DNA of 64,000 nt from Thermoplasmatales archaeon. Lineage in GTDB: Archaea > Thermoplasmatota > Thermoplasmata > Thermoplasmatales > Thermoplasmataceae. The number at the start of each line of letters is the position of its first letter. Within the stretch, counting starts at the first letter, position 1. The notes beneath the pieces were generated by a model that saw nothing but the letters and a program-made list of their open reading frames with translations, did no database searches and was not told where the DNA came from. The stretch is from contig DAIDBH010000019.1 in the NCBI GenBank assembly GCA_027310185.1, positions 32,001-96,000 on the forward strand. The letters run 5' to 3'. Below are positions 10,500 to 20,084 of this stretch, piece after piece. A program made the translations under genes and the position numbers.

Positions 10500-11178
10500 A
10501 ATGAGAAGGGAGGAGAAACTTCCCTTTGGAATAGGATGCATAGATCAGTTTCTTGAAGGTGGGATCGATCCAGGGGTAATTACGCAGATATATGGGGAAG
10601 GCGGTTCGGGAAAGACAAACATGGCTCTTCAGCTTACGGTATCTACATTATCCAGGGGAGACAAGGTCGTATATATTGATACAGAGGGATTCTCAAGCAA
10701 CCGTTTTCTGCAGATCTGCGGAGGAAATCAGGAATATTCAAACAACCTGATTCTTTTCACCCCGGAGAACATAGGTGAGCAGGAGGTATGTCTCATAAAG
10801 GCTGAGAGAATGATGCAGAATTCAGATGATATAAAACTTCTGGTTATTGATTCAATGACTGCACTGCTGAGAATTGAAAGAGATGAAAACCTGAAAAACC
10901 AGGGACTATCAAGGGATATATCCATTCTAAACACCATATGTAACAAACACAAGATTCCTGTTTTCATCACAAACCAGATATATTTTGACGTGGAGGAAAA
11001 CCAGATCACTCCATATGGGGGGTATCTCCTGAATCATTTCTCAAAGACAATACTTTCGATCAGGCGGTCAAGGGGAACCGGTAGGGAAGTGAAAATAGTG
11101 AAGCACAGGTCAATACTGGACGGAAAAGCCATTGAAATATTCATCAACAGTACAGGCCTGTCATGTACAGAGGCATGA
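10450..11178 (+). CDS. radB: DNA repair protein RadB (likely start ATG 10485 or 10501)
   Basis: Walker A GEGGSGKT, LVIDS, and the RadB-specific C-terminal KHR motif. No RadA N-terminal domain. Confidence 0.92.
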   Translation: MLISFWGSGIREMKSPEMRREEKLPFGIGCIDQFLEGGIDPGVITQIYGEGGSGKTNMALQLTVSTLSRGDKVVYIDTEGFSSNRFLQICGGNQEYSNNLILFTPENIGEQEVCLIKAERMMQNSDDIKLLVIDSMTALLRIERDENLKNQGLSRDISILNTICNKHKIPVFITNQIYFDVEENQITPYGGYLLNHFSKTILSIRRSRGTGREVKIVKHRSILDGKAIEIFINSTGLSCTEA

Positions 11179-11235
11179 ATTCTCAACTCAAGGCCTTTCA
11201 AAAAGATTTACATACTGGCACACATATGGAAGTAC

Positions 11236-12255
11236 ATGGGAGTTAATCTTGAGCCCATCCTGATAAAACACAAAACTCATATAAAGGATTTCTCAAATAA
11301 TACAGTTTCAGTGGATGCTTACAATCAGATCTACCAGTTCCTCAGTGCAATAAGGCAGCCAGACGGGACACCATTGATGGATTCTTCTGGAAAGGTAACA
11401 TCCCATCTAAGCGGTCTGTTTTACCGGACAATATCACTCATGGAAGAGGGTCTTAAACCTGTATACGTTTTCGATGGCAAGCCGTCCCCAATGAAACTGA
11501 GAACACTCGAGGAGAGGAAGGCAATAAAGGAGAACTCAGAAAGGGAACTGGAAAAGGCAATCATGACTTCAGACAGGGAAAAAATTGCAAGGTTGAAGAG
11601 AAGTATAAATCACATCACAAAGGACATGATTGATGAAAGCAAGCAACTACTCACATATATGGGATTGCCATATGTACAGGCTCCTTCTGAAGGGGAGTGC
11701 CAGGCATCATACATGAGTTCTACAGGAAAGGTAAATGCAGTCATCTCACAGGATTATGACTGCCTGTTGTTCGGTGCAAGGGAGGTTTTGAGGAATTTCA
11801 CCATATATGGAAAGAGAAGGGTTTCGAGCAGGAACATCTACGTTACTGTGGACCCGGAATACATAGATCTGAAGGAGAATCTCACCGGTATGAATATAAC
11901 AAGGAGTCAGCTGGTAGATATAGCCATAATGGTTGGAACGGATTTCAACAGTGGAGTTGAGAGAGTCGGCCCAAAGACAGCATTGAACCTGATCCAGAAG
12001 CACGGAAACCTGGAGATGGTCATCAAGGAGAAGGGTTACAGGATACCTCAATACGAAGAGGTGAGAAAACTATTCCTTGAGCCGGAGGTAACGGATGATT
12101 TCAGCGTCTCATTCGGAAAGCCTGAAGAAGAAAAAATATACTCGTTTCTCTGCGATCTTCACAACTTCGGTGAAAACAGGGTAAAACCATTCATAGAAAA
12201 ACTGAAAACAAGCCTTCAGAAGGGAAACCAGTCCAGTCTTGATTCATTTTTCTAG
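11236..12255 (+). CDS. fen: Flap endonuclease 1
   Basis: MGV start, YQFLSAIRQPDGTPL, APSEGE, SQDYD, GTDFN and C-terminal PIP box QSSLDSFF. Confidence 0.97.
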   Translation: MGVNLEPILIKHKTHIKDFSNNTVSVDAYNQIYQFLSAIRQPDGTPLMDSSGKVTSHLSGLFYRTISLMEEGLKPVYVFDGKPSPMKLRTLEERKAIKENSERELEKAIMTSDREKIARLKRSINHITKDMIDESKQLLTYMGLPYVQAPSEGECQASYMSSTGKVNAVISQDYDCLLFGAREVLRNFTIYGKRRVSSRNIYVTVDPEYIDLKENLTGMNITRSQLVDIAIMVGTDFNSGVERVGPKTALNLIQKHGNLEMVIKEKGYRIPQYEEVRKLFLEPEVTDDFSVSFGKPEEEKIYSFLCDLHNFGENRVKPFIEKLKTSLQKGNQSSLDSFF

Positions 12256-13230
12256 ATAATCCCTCAGTACAGAGAAGGGCTTCATCATTACTGACAGGTT
12301 ATCAGATACGGACTCCTTGAGGTCCATTGGATGAATCGAACCAGCATTATACATAACCTCTAGAGAACTGTAATTATTGAATATTATGTCTCCGCCTTTC
12401 TTCTCTGGCCTGTGTATAGTTACTTCCTTCATTGAAGGAAATATAATTATCTTCATTATATCCATAATTGGGTTCCCTTCCGATGTCCCCATTGGACAGA
12501 AAGAATTTCTTATCTTCCTTCTTATGTCCTCTTCAGAGTCTGTCATTAGGATAGCGCTGTCAGGATCACTTTTTGACATCTTCTTGAAAGTATCCATTCT
12601 TCCAGTTCCCTTCAGGCTTCCGAGAAGTGGTGAGTGCATGGATACAACCTTTTTTCTGTTCATCTTTTCCGCAATATCCCTTGCAAGCATGTGAGCATGT
12701 CTCTGATCCATCCCACCCAGCGCAACGTCAAGATCCAGTTCAAATATATCGTTTACCTGCATCACTGGATAAAGGTATTTGCTGAAATCGGACTCGGCAT
12801 CAGACTCATCTCTTCCCATTATGGGGAGAGCACGTTTCAACCTAGAAAGAGTTGTCTGTTTTGCAGTCCGGATGATCCCTTCCATGTAACTGCTCTTATC
12901 TATCAGGTCGGATGCCCAAATAAATTCAGGTTTCAAATCACCCATTTCTATCTCGTAGGCTTTTTTCAGAAGTTCTCCGCTCTGTCTTATACGTTCCAGG
13001 TCTCCGCCCAGTTTATCGTTCACCATGGCATGCCAGTCAGCAAGCAGTATCTGCATCCTGATACCGGCTTTCATCATCGCCTTGATCCTGGTACCTATAA
13101 CCAGAATATGTCCTATATGGGGTATGCCTGAGGGTTCCACGCCATGATATCCCTTGCAGTTTTTTTCAAGGGCCTCAAACTCACTTTCTGTTACAATTTC
13201 TTCAAAAAGGGAAGTATCAAGATTCAACAA
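12244..13230 (-). CDS. tyrS: Tyrosyl-tRNA synthetase
   Basis: HIGH, ADWHA, YPVMQVND, GGMDQ and KMSKS motifs. Confidence 0.96.
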   Translation of the reverse strand: MLNLDTSLFEEIVTESEFEALEKNCKGYHGVEPSGIPHIGHILVIGTRIKAMMKAGIRMQILLADWHAMVNDKLGGDLERIRQSGELLKKAYEIEMGDLKPEFIWASDLIDKSSYMEGIIRTAKQTTLSRLKRALPIMGRDESDAESDFSKYLYPVMQVNDIFELDLDVALGGMDQRHAHMLARDIAEKMNRKKVVSMHSPLLGSLKGTGRMDTFKKMSKSDPDSAILMTDSEEDIRRKIRNSFCPMGTSEGNPIMDIMKIIIFPSMKEVTIHRPEKKGGDIIFNNYSSLEVMYNAGSIHPMDLKESVSDNLSVMMKPFSVLRDYLEK

Positions 13231-13249
13231 TATACAGGCATCAAATTAT

Positions 13250-13768
13250 CTATCTTAATCTTTCCCTACATATACTCCTGTACTTGCAGTTCACGCATCT
13301 TCCGGGGTTATCATGATTCCTGTTAGGGACACCTCTCACCCTCCTGATAAGTTGAGCTCTTGCAAGTACCCTGTCCTTCAATTCTGGACTGTTATTGATA
13401 TAGAACGATCTGTTCCGGTATTTTATAACACCGTACTGGATCATATTTTCAGGGTAAAGCTCCTGAAGGATGATGAAATAAACTCCCATTTGAATTATGT
13501 GCGGTTCCCAGGGTTGGTCGCCTATATTGCTGCTTTTGTACTCATAGGGAATTATTTGCCCACTGTTTTCTATCACTCTATCCGGCTTACCCGACAGGCC
13601 ATATCTTTTTGAAACCAGGATTTTCCCCTCTGCTTTCATGTCTCCATATATGAACCTTCCCCTGGGCATCTCATAATAGTCCACTCTCCTTCTAGCCTTA
13701 AGGAAATAGAAGACGAGAATTAACAGAACCACAATAAATGGGACGATGAAATAAACAGGAAGCAACAT
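13250..13768 (-). CDS. Cas4-like PD-(D/E)xK nuclease, C-terminal part, with N-terminal TM helix
   Basis: GLSGKPD, EYK, QMGVY (QxxxY) and CVNCKYRSIC (CxxC-x5-C). Residues about 2-23 are hydrophobic, followed by KARRR. Confidence 0.88.
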   Translation of the reverse strand: MLLPVYFIVPFIVVLLILVFYFLKARRRVDYYEMPRGRFIYGDMKAEGKILVSKRYGLSGKPDRVIENSGQIIPYEYKSSNIGDQPWEPHIIQMGVYFIILQELYPENMIQYGVIKYRNRSFYINNSPELKDRVLARAQLIRRVRGVPNRNHDNPGRCVNCKYRSICRERLR

Positions 13769-13769
13769 T

Positions 13770-14039
13770 TCAGACGAACACTACAAACATGAACACAATA
13801 ACAAGCAATATGGCAATTATGAGGGTAACACTTAGTTTCGAGTTTCTCTCGTGATCTATATCGGCATCCTCGTGAGCTATGGTGCCCCTATTCATCCTTT
13901 CAACTTTGTCAGCCGGGATTCTGTATCCTTCACGGGTATAATACCATGAGAGGGCACAGTAGTCAAACTCAGCAAGTTCCGATGCACTGATAATTCTTTC
14001 TCCCTCATCAGGGTTGTTTCTCGATCCAGATTCTGTCAT
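13770..14039 (-). CDS. Cas4-like nuclease N-terminal fragment with C-terminal TM helix
   Basis: ISASELAEFDYCALSWYY...RGTIAHE matches the Cas4 N-terminal Cys plus G-x3-H motif. The last 20 or so residues are hydrophobic. Confidence 0.8.
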   Translation of the reverse strand: MTESGSRNNPDEGERIISASELAEFDYCALSWYYTREGYRIPADKVERMNRGTIAHEDADIDHERNSKLSVTLIIAILLVIVFMFVVFV

Positions 14040-14781
14040 ATGAGCGCTCCTGTTTTAGTGCGATAGTACCATTCTTCCTGATAAACATACTGTATATAAA
14101 GAACTTTACCCTATCCTCCTTTGTTTCTCCCCACACTTCTTCCATGAAGAAAGAATCTTCCCTCATATTCATGATCTTCTGCATGATTGATTCAAGGTCT
14201 CTCTCAGGCTCACCAGAATTCAGTACTTCATAGATTTCTTCAACCTCTGCAACCTGTTCCATATGGGGCATCCTGACGATTTTTTCCCTGCTCCTTTCTG
14301 TTTTCCTCATAACCTCAATGAGTTCCACTAGCATGACCTTCCTCGTTTCGTGATGCTTGACTGGCATATTCAGGCTTATAAATTCCTTTTCCTCTATTTC
14401 CAAATCATTTACTTCTTCCTGTGATAAATCCTGATAATTCTCTACAGTCTCTTCAGCTTCTTTCTTGCCAAAGTTATCAATCAGGTCGTTAGCCTGCACA
14501 TACACTATTCCCCATGACCTGTATATTATATATCCTGCTTCTGCAATGGACATCAGACCTGCATTTGTTAATTCCCTTACTATAAGAACAAAATTAACAA
14601 CATCTACACGCCACGGATCTATTTCTCTTGCAATGCACCGTTCCATTATCTCTATAATGTTCTTCGTCTCTTCCTTTGTATCCTTGAAGTCGAGCTCTTC
14701 ATAGAACCTCGTATCAATGCCAATAGTTGATGCCTGAACAATTATTGTCCTTTTAAGATCAATTAGCTGTGTATCTTCCAT
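14008..14781 (-). CDS. scpA: Kleisin ScpA
   Basis: EIDPWRVDV motif, RKVMLVELIE and winged-helix-like C-terminus. Directly after smc. Confidence 0.85.
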   Translation of the reverse strand: MEDTQLIDLKRTIIVQASTIGIDTRFYEELDFKDTKEETKNIIEIMERCIAREIDPWRVDVVNFVLIVRELTNAGLMSIAEAGYIIYRSWGIVYVQANDLIDNFGKKEAEETVENYQDLSQEEVNDLEIEEKEFISLNMPVKHHETRKVMLVELIEVMRKTERSREKIVRMPHMEQVAEVEEIYEVLNSGEPERDLESIMQKIMNMREDSFFMEEVWGETKEDRVKFFIYSMFIRKNGTIALKQERSYDRIWIEKQP

Positions 14782-17700
14782 CTATTCACCTCCAAAGCTT
14801 TTGGAAAAAATTTCCGTGCAACCTGCTGCTTTGTTCATGGTAACCCCGAATAGGGAGTTTGCGTACTTGCTCATGGCATTCTTCAATGATATCATAATGA
14901 TTTGAGAGGTATTTGAATTTTCCCTTAACAACTCACCCATTGCCTCAGCATTGGTACCATCCAGGAACATGTCAATTTCGTCAAGGAAATAAATGGGTGA
15001 GGGCTTGATTCTCTGGACCGCAACAATGAACGAAAGTGCTACCAGACTCTTCTCACCACCACTTAGCGACTGTAATTTTGTATATGTAGTGCCCTTAGGC
15101 TTTGCCTTTATCAACAATTCTGAATCCAGTGGTTTTGATTCATCGGAGAGATACATATCCACGTCACCTCCCCTCGTCAATCTCTTGAATATTTCCCTCA
15201 TCTCGACTTTTACCTTTCCATAAAGATCAAGAAGAACTCTTGTCTTTACCTCTTCCAGTTCTGCCATTAACTTAATAAGGGAGTCAACTTCCCTCTTCAG
15301 AATGTCAATTTTTTCAACCAGATTATCCCTTCTTTCCGTATCTCTCCTGAGATCTTCCTCTGCCAGCTGGTTTACTGCACCAATTTCCTGTAATTTTGCA
15401 ACCTTAACGGCAATTTCGCTGTTCGCCCTCTGTGCGCTTGAGTAGTCAGTAATAACATGACCACCGTTCTGCCTGAGTTCTTCCCTAAGTGCTGATAACC
15501 TTTCATTGAAGTTCTGTATCTTTATCTTTGAGGTGAGAACAGCATTTTCATGATTCTTCATTTCAGACTCCAACCTTGAACTTTTCTGACTGATATCTGA
15601 AATTTGCCTCTCTATTTCCTTCAGCCCCTGAATGATTTTTCTGTTATTTTCATTGAGCTTTTCCTCTTCCCCCTCGAGTCTTCCTATTTCATTTCCAAAT
15701 CTTGCAATTTCCTCTTCTATCCGATCTTTTTCTATAGTTTCTGCATTTATGTTCTTTATCAGATTGTCATCTTCCATCATCAACTCTGACTTTCTTTCTG
15801 ATATTTTCTTCATTGTTGTCTGATTGCTGGATTTAGTTGCCATGGTAGAATTTTGTTCATTACTTATCTTTTCAAGCTCCTTTTGAAGTTCTGAGAGATC
15901 ATTCCCCTCCTCCTTATTGTCACCTATGATCATATAAAGTTCATTCTTTCGCTTCTCAAGAGATGCTTTCTTGCTCTCCTCTCCTGCTATTTCATTCTGA
16001 AGTTTTTCAAGTGAAGCAGAACTGTTTTTCAGCTCAATTTTGAGGGTCTGAATCTCAAGTTCAAGTGATTCCCTGATTTTCTGGCTCTCCTTTAACTGGG
16101 ATTCCAGTGAATCAGACTTTCCCTTCCCTTCACCACCACTCTTTGATATATCCATCAGTTGTTTTGATACATCGTCATACTCCTGTCTCAAATTTCTCGT
16201 TTCACGATCAAGACTGTTGAATCTTTCTCTAAGTTCCTCAAGAAGTTTTTCCCTGTTTTCCAGTTCAGAAAAGTTGAATGTTTTCCTGGTCCTGTTCATG
16301 AATCCTCCTGATATTGCACCACTAGCCTCAAATATGTCCCCATCAAGAGTCACAATTCTAACGCCTGTCATATACTTCTTTGCACTTTCAGGAGTATCGA
16401 CAACAACAGTATCCTGGAACGTGTACCATATGGCGTTAGCATAAACATCCTGGCACTGAATCTGCTGGCTCAGTAGGGAAGTTGAACGGTCCTGCTGAAT
16501 AATAGTAAGGGCCTTACCTCTTGGTCTTCCAGGCAAGATCTTATTCAGTGGGATAAAGGTTACACGTCCGAGCTTCTTCTCTCTCAGTAATTCAATGCAT
16601 TCCTGGGCCACATCTTCATTATCAACTACTATGGAATTCAGTCTTCCACCTGCTGCTGCCTCCACAGCAAGCGCATACCTGTCGTCATAACTTATGAGTT
16701 CTCCTATGGATCTGTGTATTCCAGATATGGCTCCTCTTGCCTTTGCTTCCATTATTGCAGAAATGGATTTGTTGGCGAAGCCCTGGGAGCCCATTTCAGA
16801 TCTCATTCTTTCCACTTCCTTTCCGAGGGAATCCATTTTTGATCTAGTCTCTGTTCTTTCTCTTTCTCGATCCTTGATCTGGGATTGCAGTTCATAATAT
16901 TTCTTACTCAGGGACTCGTTTCTGGACCTGTTTCCTCCCTCGTCCTTCTTGATCTGGTTTAACTGCCATTGAGTTTCAGATAATCTGTATTTCTCGTTTG
17001 TAAGGCTCTCTTCTTTAATACCAAGCTTTGTTTCTATTCCCTTGAATCTCTTTGATTCCTCAGACTCCTCTCTTCTTATTTTTTCAGTAATATTTGAATT
17101 CTCTTTAAGTTCCTTCTCTATAATAGTCAGCTCATCAGTTGCCTTCCTGTACTCTTCTGTCTTATTTCTCTGAAGTTCTATCTTCTGATTTATCTGGGCC
17201 CTCAGAGAAGTTTCCCTATATTTCAATTCTTCTTCCCTGCTCATGAGCTCATTAAAGGACTTTGCAAGATTATCTATCTCCTCATCTATCTCTTCGATCT
17301 TGCCTGTATTTGTTTCTATAAGACCACGTTCTTTATCTATATTCATGCTGATGTTTGAAGCATTTATTTCTGCTCTGGCTCTTTCCAGTTTTTTGGATTC
17401 TATACCTTTTCTTATACCTTCAAGCTCCTTCTGAATCCTTTCTCCAATTCCTTTCTCTATTTCCATTCTCTTCTGCGTGAGTGTCTCATGTTCTCTGGTT
17501 AGATCATCCAGTAGGGCCTTAATTTCAGCCATTTTCTTTTCACTCTCTTCCATTGATTGCTGATGGCCACTGAGATCTATCTCAACTCCACGGATCTGGA
17601 TGGAGAGGGCAGTGGCTTTTAAATCAACAATTTCACTGTTAAGACTCCTATATTCTCTCAGCTTTTCAGCCTCTTTCTCTATTATTGCAATATTTTCTTC

Positions 17701-18300
17701 AATCTCTGTTCGCAATGTTTCTGACGCAAGTATTGTCTTATCGATCTCATCGATCTTTTCTTTTGCAGAATTGATCCTCATATTGTAGGCATCTATTCCT
17801 GCTATGGATTCCAGCAATTTTCTTCTTTCATTTCCACTGACATATATAAATTTATTTATGTCTCCCTGCAGGACGAAGCTATAGGAGTCCAGCTGGATTC
17901 CGATATTTTCGAGAAACCTGTCAACCTCACTGTGCTTTGATCTCTTGCCATTTATGAAATAAGTACTGTTTATTTCATTACCACTCTCTTCAATAACTCT
18001 TGATATTTCCACTGTTTCAAAAGATTCATCATCTCTATCTTCGACAAATACTGCCTTGACCTCTGCCTTGGAAATCTTCTTATCCCCATTGCCAGGATTG
18101 TGTATTAAATCATCGAGTTTGTCAGCTCTCACAGTCTTGGATGATCTTGTACCGAGGACAAACAGGAGGGAGTCACCTATATTGCTTTTCCCACTACCAT
18201 TGGGACCAGCTATCATGCTCAATCCTGGCCTGAAATCTATCTTCATGCCCCTATGGCAGAAAGATTTGAAATTTTTAATTTCTAAGCTGTATAGTCTCAA
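14782..18300 (-). CDS. smc: Chromosome segregation protein SMC
   Basis: Walker A GPNGSGKSN, hinge GRVTFIPL...GAISGG, signature LSGGEKS, Walker B LDEID and long coiled coils. Confidence 0.97.
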   Translation of the reverse strand: MRLYSLEIKNFKSFCHRGMKIDFRPGLSMIAGPNGSGKSNIGDSLLFVLGTRSSKTVRADKLDDLIHNPGNGDKKISKAEVKAVFVEDRDDESFETVEISRVIEESGNEINSTYFINGKRSKHSEVDRFLENIGIQLDSYSFVLQGDINKFIYVSGNERRKLLESIAGIDAYNMRINSAKEKIDEIDKTILASETLRTEIEENIAIIEKEAEKLREYRSLNSEIVDLKATALSIQIRGVEIDLSGHQQSMEESEKKMAEIKALLDDLTREHETLTQKRMEIEKGIGERIQKELEGIRKGIESKKLERARAEINASNISMNIDKERGLIETNTGKIEEIDEEIDNLAKSFNELMSREEELKYRETSLRAQINQKIELQRNKTEEYRKATDELTIIEKELKENSNITEKIRREESEESKRFKGIETKLGIKEESLTNEKYRLSETQWQLNQIKKDEGGNRSRNESLSKKYYELQSQIKDRERERTETRSKMDSLGKEVERMRSEMGSQGFANKSISAIMEAKARGAISGIHRSIGELISYDDRYALAVEAAAGGRLNSIVVDNEDVAQECIELLREKKLGRVTFIPLNKILPGRPRGKALTIIQQDRSTSLLSQQIQCQDVYANAIWYTFQDTVVVDTPESAKKYMTGVRIVTLDGDIFEASGAISGGFMNRTRKTFNFSELENREKLLEELRERFNSLDRETRNLRQEYDDVSKQLMDISKSGGEGKGKSDSLESQLKESQKIRESLELEIQTLKIELKNSSASLEKLQNEIAGEESKKASLEKRKNELYMIIGDNKEEGNDLSELQKELEKISNEQNSTMATKSSNQTTMKKISERKSELMMEDDNLIKNINAETIEKDRIEEEIARFGNEIGRLEGEEEKLNENNRKIIQGLKEIERQISDISQKSSRLESEMKNHENAVLTSKIKIQNFNERLSALREELRQNGGHVITDYSSAQRANSEIAVKVAKLQEIGAVNQLAEEDLRRDTERRDNLVEKIDILKREVDSLIKLMAELEEVKTRVLLDLYGKVKVEMREIFKRLTRGGDVDMYLSDESKPLDSELLIKAKPKGTTYTKLQSLSGGEKSLVALSFIVAVQRIKPSPIYFLDEIDMFLDGTNAEAMGELLRENSNTSQIIMISLKNAMSKYANSLFGVTMNKAAGCTEIFSKSFGGE

Positions 18301-18350
18301 AGTTCACCCCGTCAGACAACTGTATGATATTATTACAGAAATATAAATAT

Positions 18351-18890
18351 TTATGCATTGTTAATCACATCTTCCTTAGGTTGATTACTGAGTAGCTCCC
18401 TGGCTGACGATTTTAGATGCAGAAATTCGCCTACAAGAATTCCCAGGGATATAGCCAGGCTTGCATTGACCGCTGTCAGAAGATAAATATTAGTCGTGTT
18501 AAGAACAAATTCAAGAACGATCCTTATCAAATAGAGCATTAGCGTCAGGAAGAGTACCCACGTGGACCTTTTATACATCAGTACTGTTCCTTCCCAGTAA
18601 ACAGTTGATAATGATCCTATCCTGTCGCCCAGTATAAATCCCGGGATTATCATAATTGCTGCTATCAGGTCATAAATGACAAATGAATAGAGGACCGCCA
18701 GAAAGTATATCAGAAGAAGTGCATAAATAACAGGAGTTGTTAAAATTCTACGTAATGTATAAGGTCTGCCATTGATTCCTCTCTTAATCCTTCTGTAAAT
18801 AAGCAGACCGAAAATCGCAATCAACAGTATATAACTATAAATATCACTGCCTGAATTCGAACTCTGATTTGTAAACGTTAATACTAGCAC
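18351..18890 (-). CDS. Membrane protein, CcdC/DUF1453-like
   Basis: About 5 TM helices. RRIKRGINGRPY and LYLIRIVLE patterns. Confidence 0.65.
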   Translation of the reverse strand: MLVLTFTNQSSNSGSDIYSYILLIAIFGLLIYRRIKRGINGRPYTLRRILTTPVIYALLLIYFLAVLYSFVIYDLIAAIMIIPGFILGDRIGSLSTVYWEGTVLMYKRSTWVLFLTLMLYLIRIVLEFVLNTTNIYLLTAVNASLAISLGILVGEFLHLKSSARELLSNQPKEDVINNA

Positions 18891-19136
18891 AAAATATAAT
18901 GTATCTAATATATTTAAATCTTTGAGAAAGATATCCGCTGAGCCTGCGATGTGTAAGAATTGTCAAACTTCAGTTTTTCGAAAGAGAGTAAAGTAATCAC
19001 AATCAGGTGATGAGTTCTCCAGAACCGAAGAGAATCAAAGCCATGAGAGAAATAAGGTTTGAATCTCCAGCACTTTCTGTTTGAAGAGCAAGTTAGATGC
19101 TTTCAACAACTGATACTGAAAACATAATAACAAAGA

Positions 19137-20084
19137 TTGAATTTTCCCCTCATGGTATCATCTTTCAAGGTTACATTTCTCGGAAGTGGGGGTTCTTGGC
19201 CATTTCCAGGGAGGTCATTGCCGGCAGTAGTGGTTCAGTTAGATGATTTTGTATGCATGTTTGATTGTGGTGAAGGAACGCAGAAGCAGATAATGAAAAG
19301 TGGAATTTCTTTCATGAAAATAGATAGTATATTTATATCACATTTTCACGGAGATCATTTTCTGGGCATACTTGGTCTGATCCAGAGCATGTCATTTAAT
19401 GGAAGGGAAAAACCGCTAAAAGTTTATGGACCACCCGGGGCTATATCAGTCCTTACAAGAGCATTCAATGTAGGTTATTACACTCTTGGATTTGAAATAC
19501 TCATAAACGAGATACCATTCGAAGGAAAGCTCCAGACTGAATTTTTTACTCTTGAAACAATCAGGGCTGATCATCCCGTACCCGCAGTTTCATACAAACT
19601 TACTGAAACTGATCTGATAAAGATAGATCCTGAAAAAGTAAAGAAACTTGGTATTGAATCAAGCAAAATTGAAAAACTACGTGAACACGGGGAGTTGAAC
19701 ATAAATGGAAGGATAGTTAAGCTTGAGGAAGTTTCAGCAGGAATAAGAAAGGGGAGAGTCCTTGTATATTCGGGAGATACCAGGCCAAATAGTGAAATGG
19801 TAAACTTCGCAAGAGGAGCAGATGTATTAATTCATGAGACAACAACAGATTCGTCGCTGGAACCGAAGGTAAATGAATTCGGACATTCATCATCAAGGCA
19901 GGCCGCAGAAATAGCCAGAGATGCAGAAGTGAAGCGCTTTTATCTATATCATTATAGCCCTCGAATTGATGACCCAGAAATTTTACTTAAGGAGGCAAAA
20001 TCTATTTTCCCAAATTCATTTCTGTCTAAGGAACTCCTATCATTCGATGTGGCAAAGGGAGAGACTATTCCCCAGAATCACTGA
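19137..20084 (+). CDS. rnz: Ribonuclease Z (likely start ATG 19152)
   Basis: DCGEGTQ, HFHGDH, SGDT, HETT, GHSS and HYSPR motifs. Confidence 0.95.
   Translation: MNFPLMVSSFKVTFLGSGGSWPFPGRSLPAVVVQLDDFVCMFDCGEGTQKQIMKSGISFMKIDSIFISHFHGDHFLGILGLIQSMSFNGREKPLKVYGPPGAISVLTRAFNVGYYTLGFEILINEIPFEGKLQTEFFTLETIRADHPVPAVSYKLTETDLIKIDPEKVKKLGIESSKIEKLREHGELNINGRIVKLEEVSAGIRKGRVLVYSGDTRPNSEMVNFARGADVLIHETTTDSSLEPKVNEFGHSSSRQAAEIARDAEVKRFYLYHYSPRIDDPEILLKEAKSIFPNSFLSKELLSFDVAKGETIPQNH

Noticed and set aside
13250-14039. CRISPR-Cas locus
   Set aside because: No repeat-spacer array and no cas1, cas2 or effector genes in the window. The Cas4 homolog is solo.
14008-18300. Canonical Wadjet (JetABCD)
   Set aside because: The SMC has a canonical hinge and ScpA partner, and there is no TOPRIM JetD gene.
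18922-19084. Two tiny ORFs (18922-18996 with CxxC; 19010-19084) and a GTGATGA...CCGA motif resembling a C/D box or hammerhead core
   Set aside because: The ORFs are only 24 aa with no recognisable family. The hammerhead C3 is absent and no convincing terminal D box is present.
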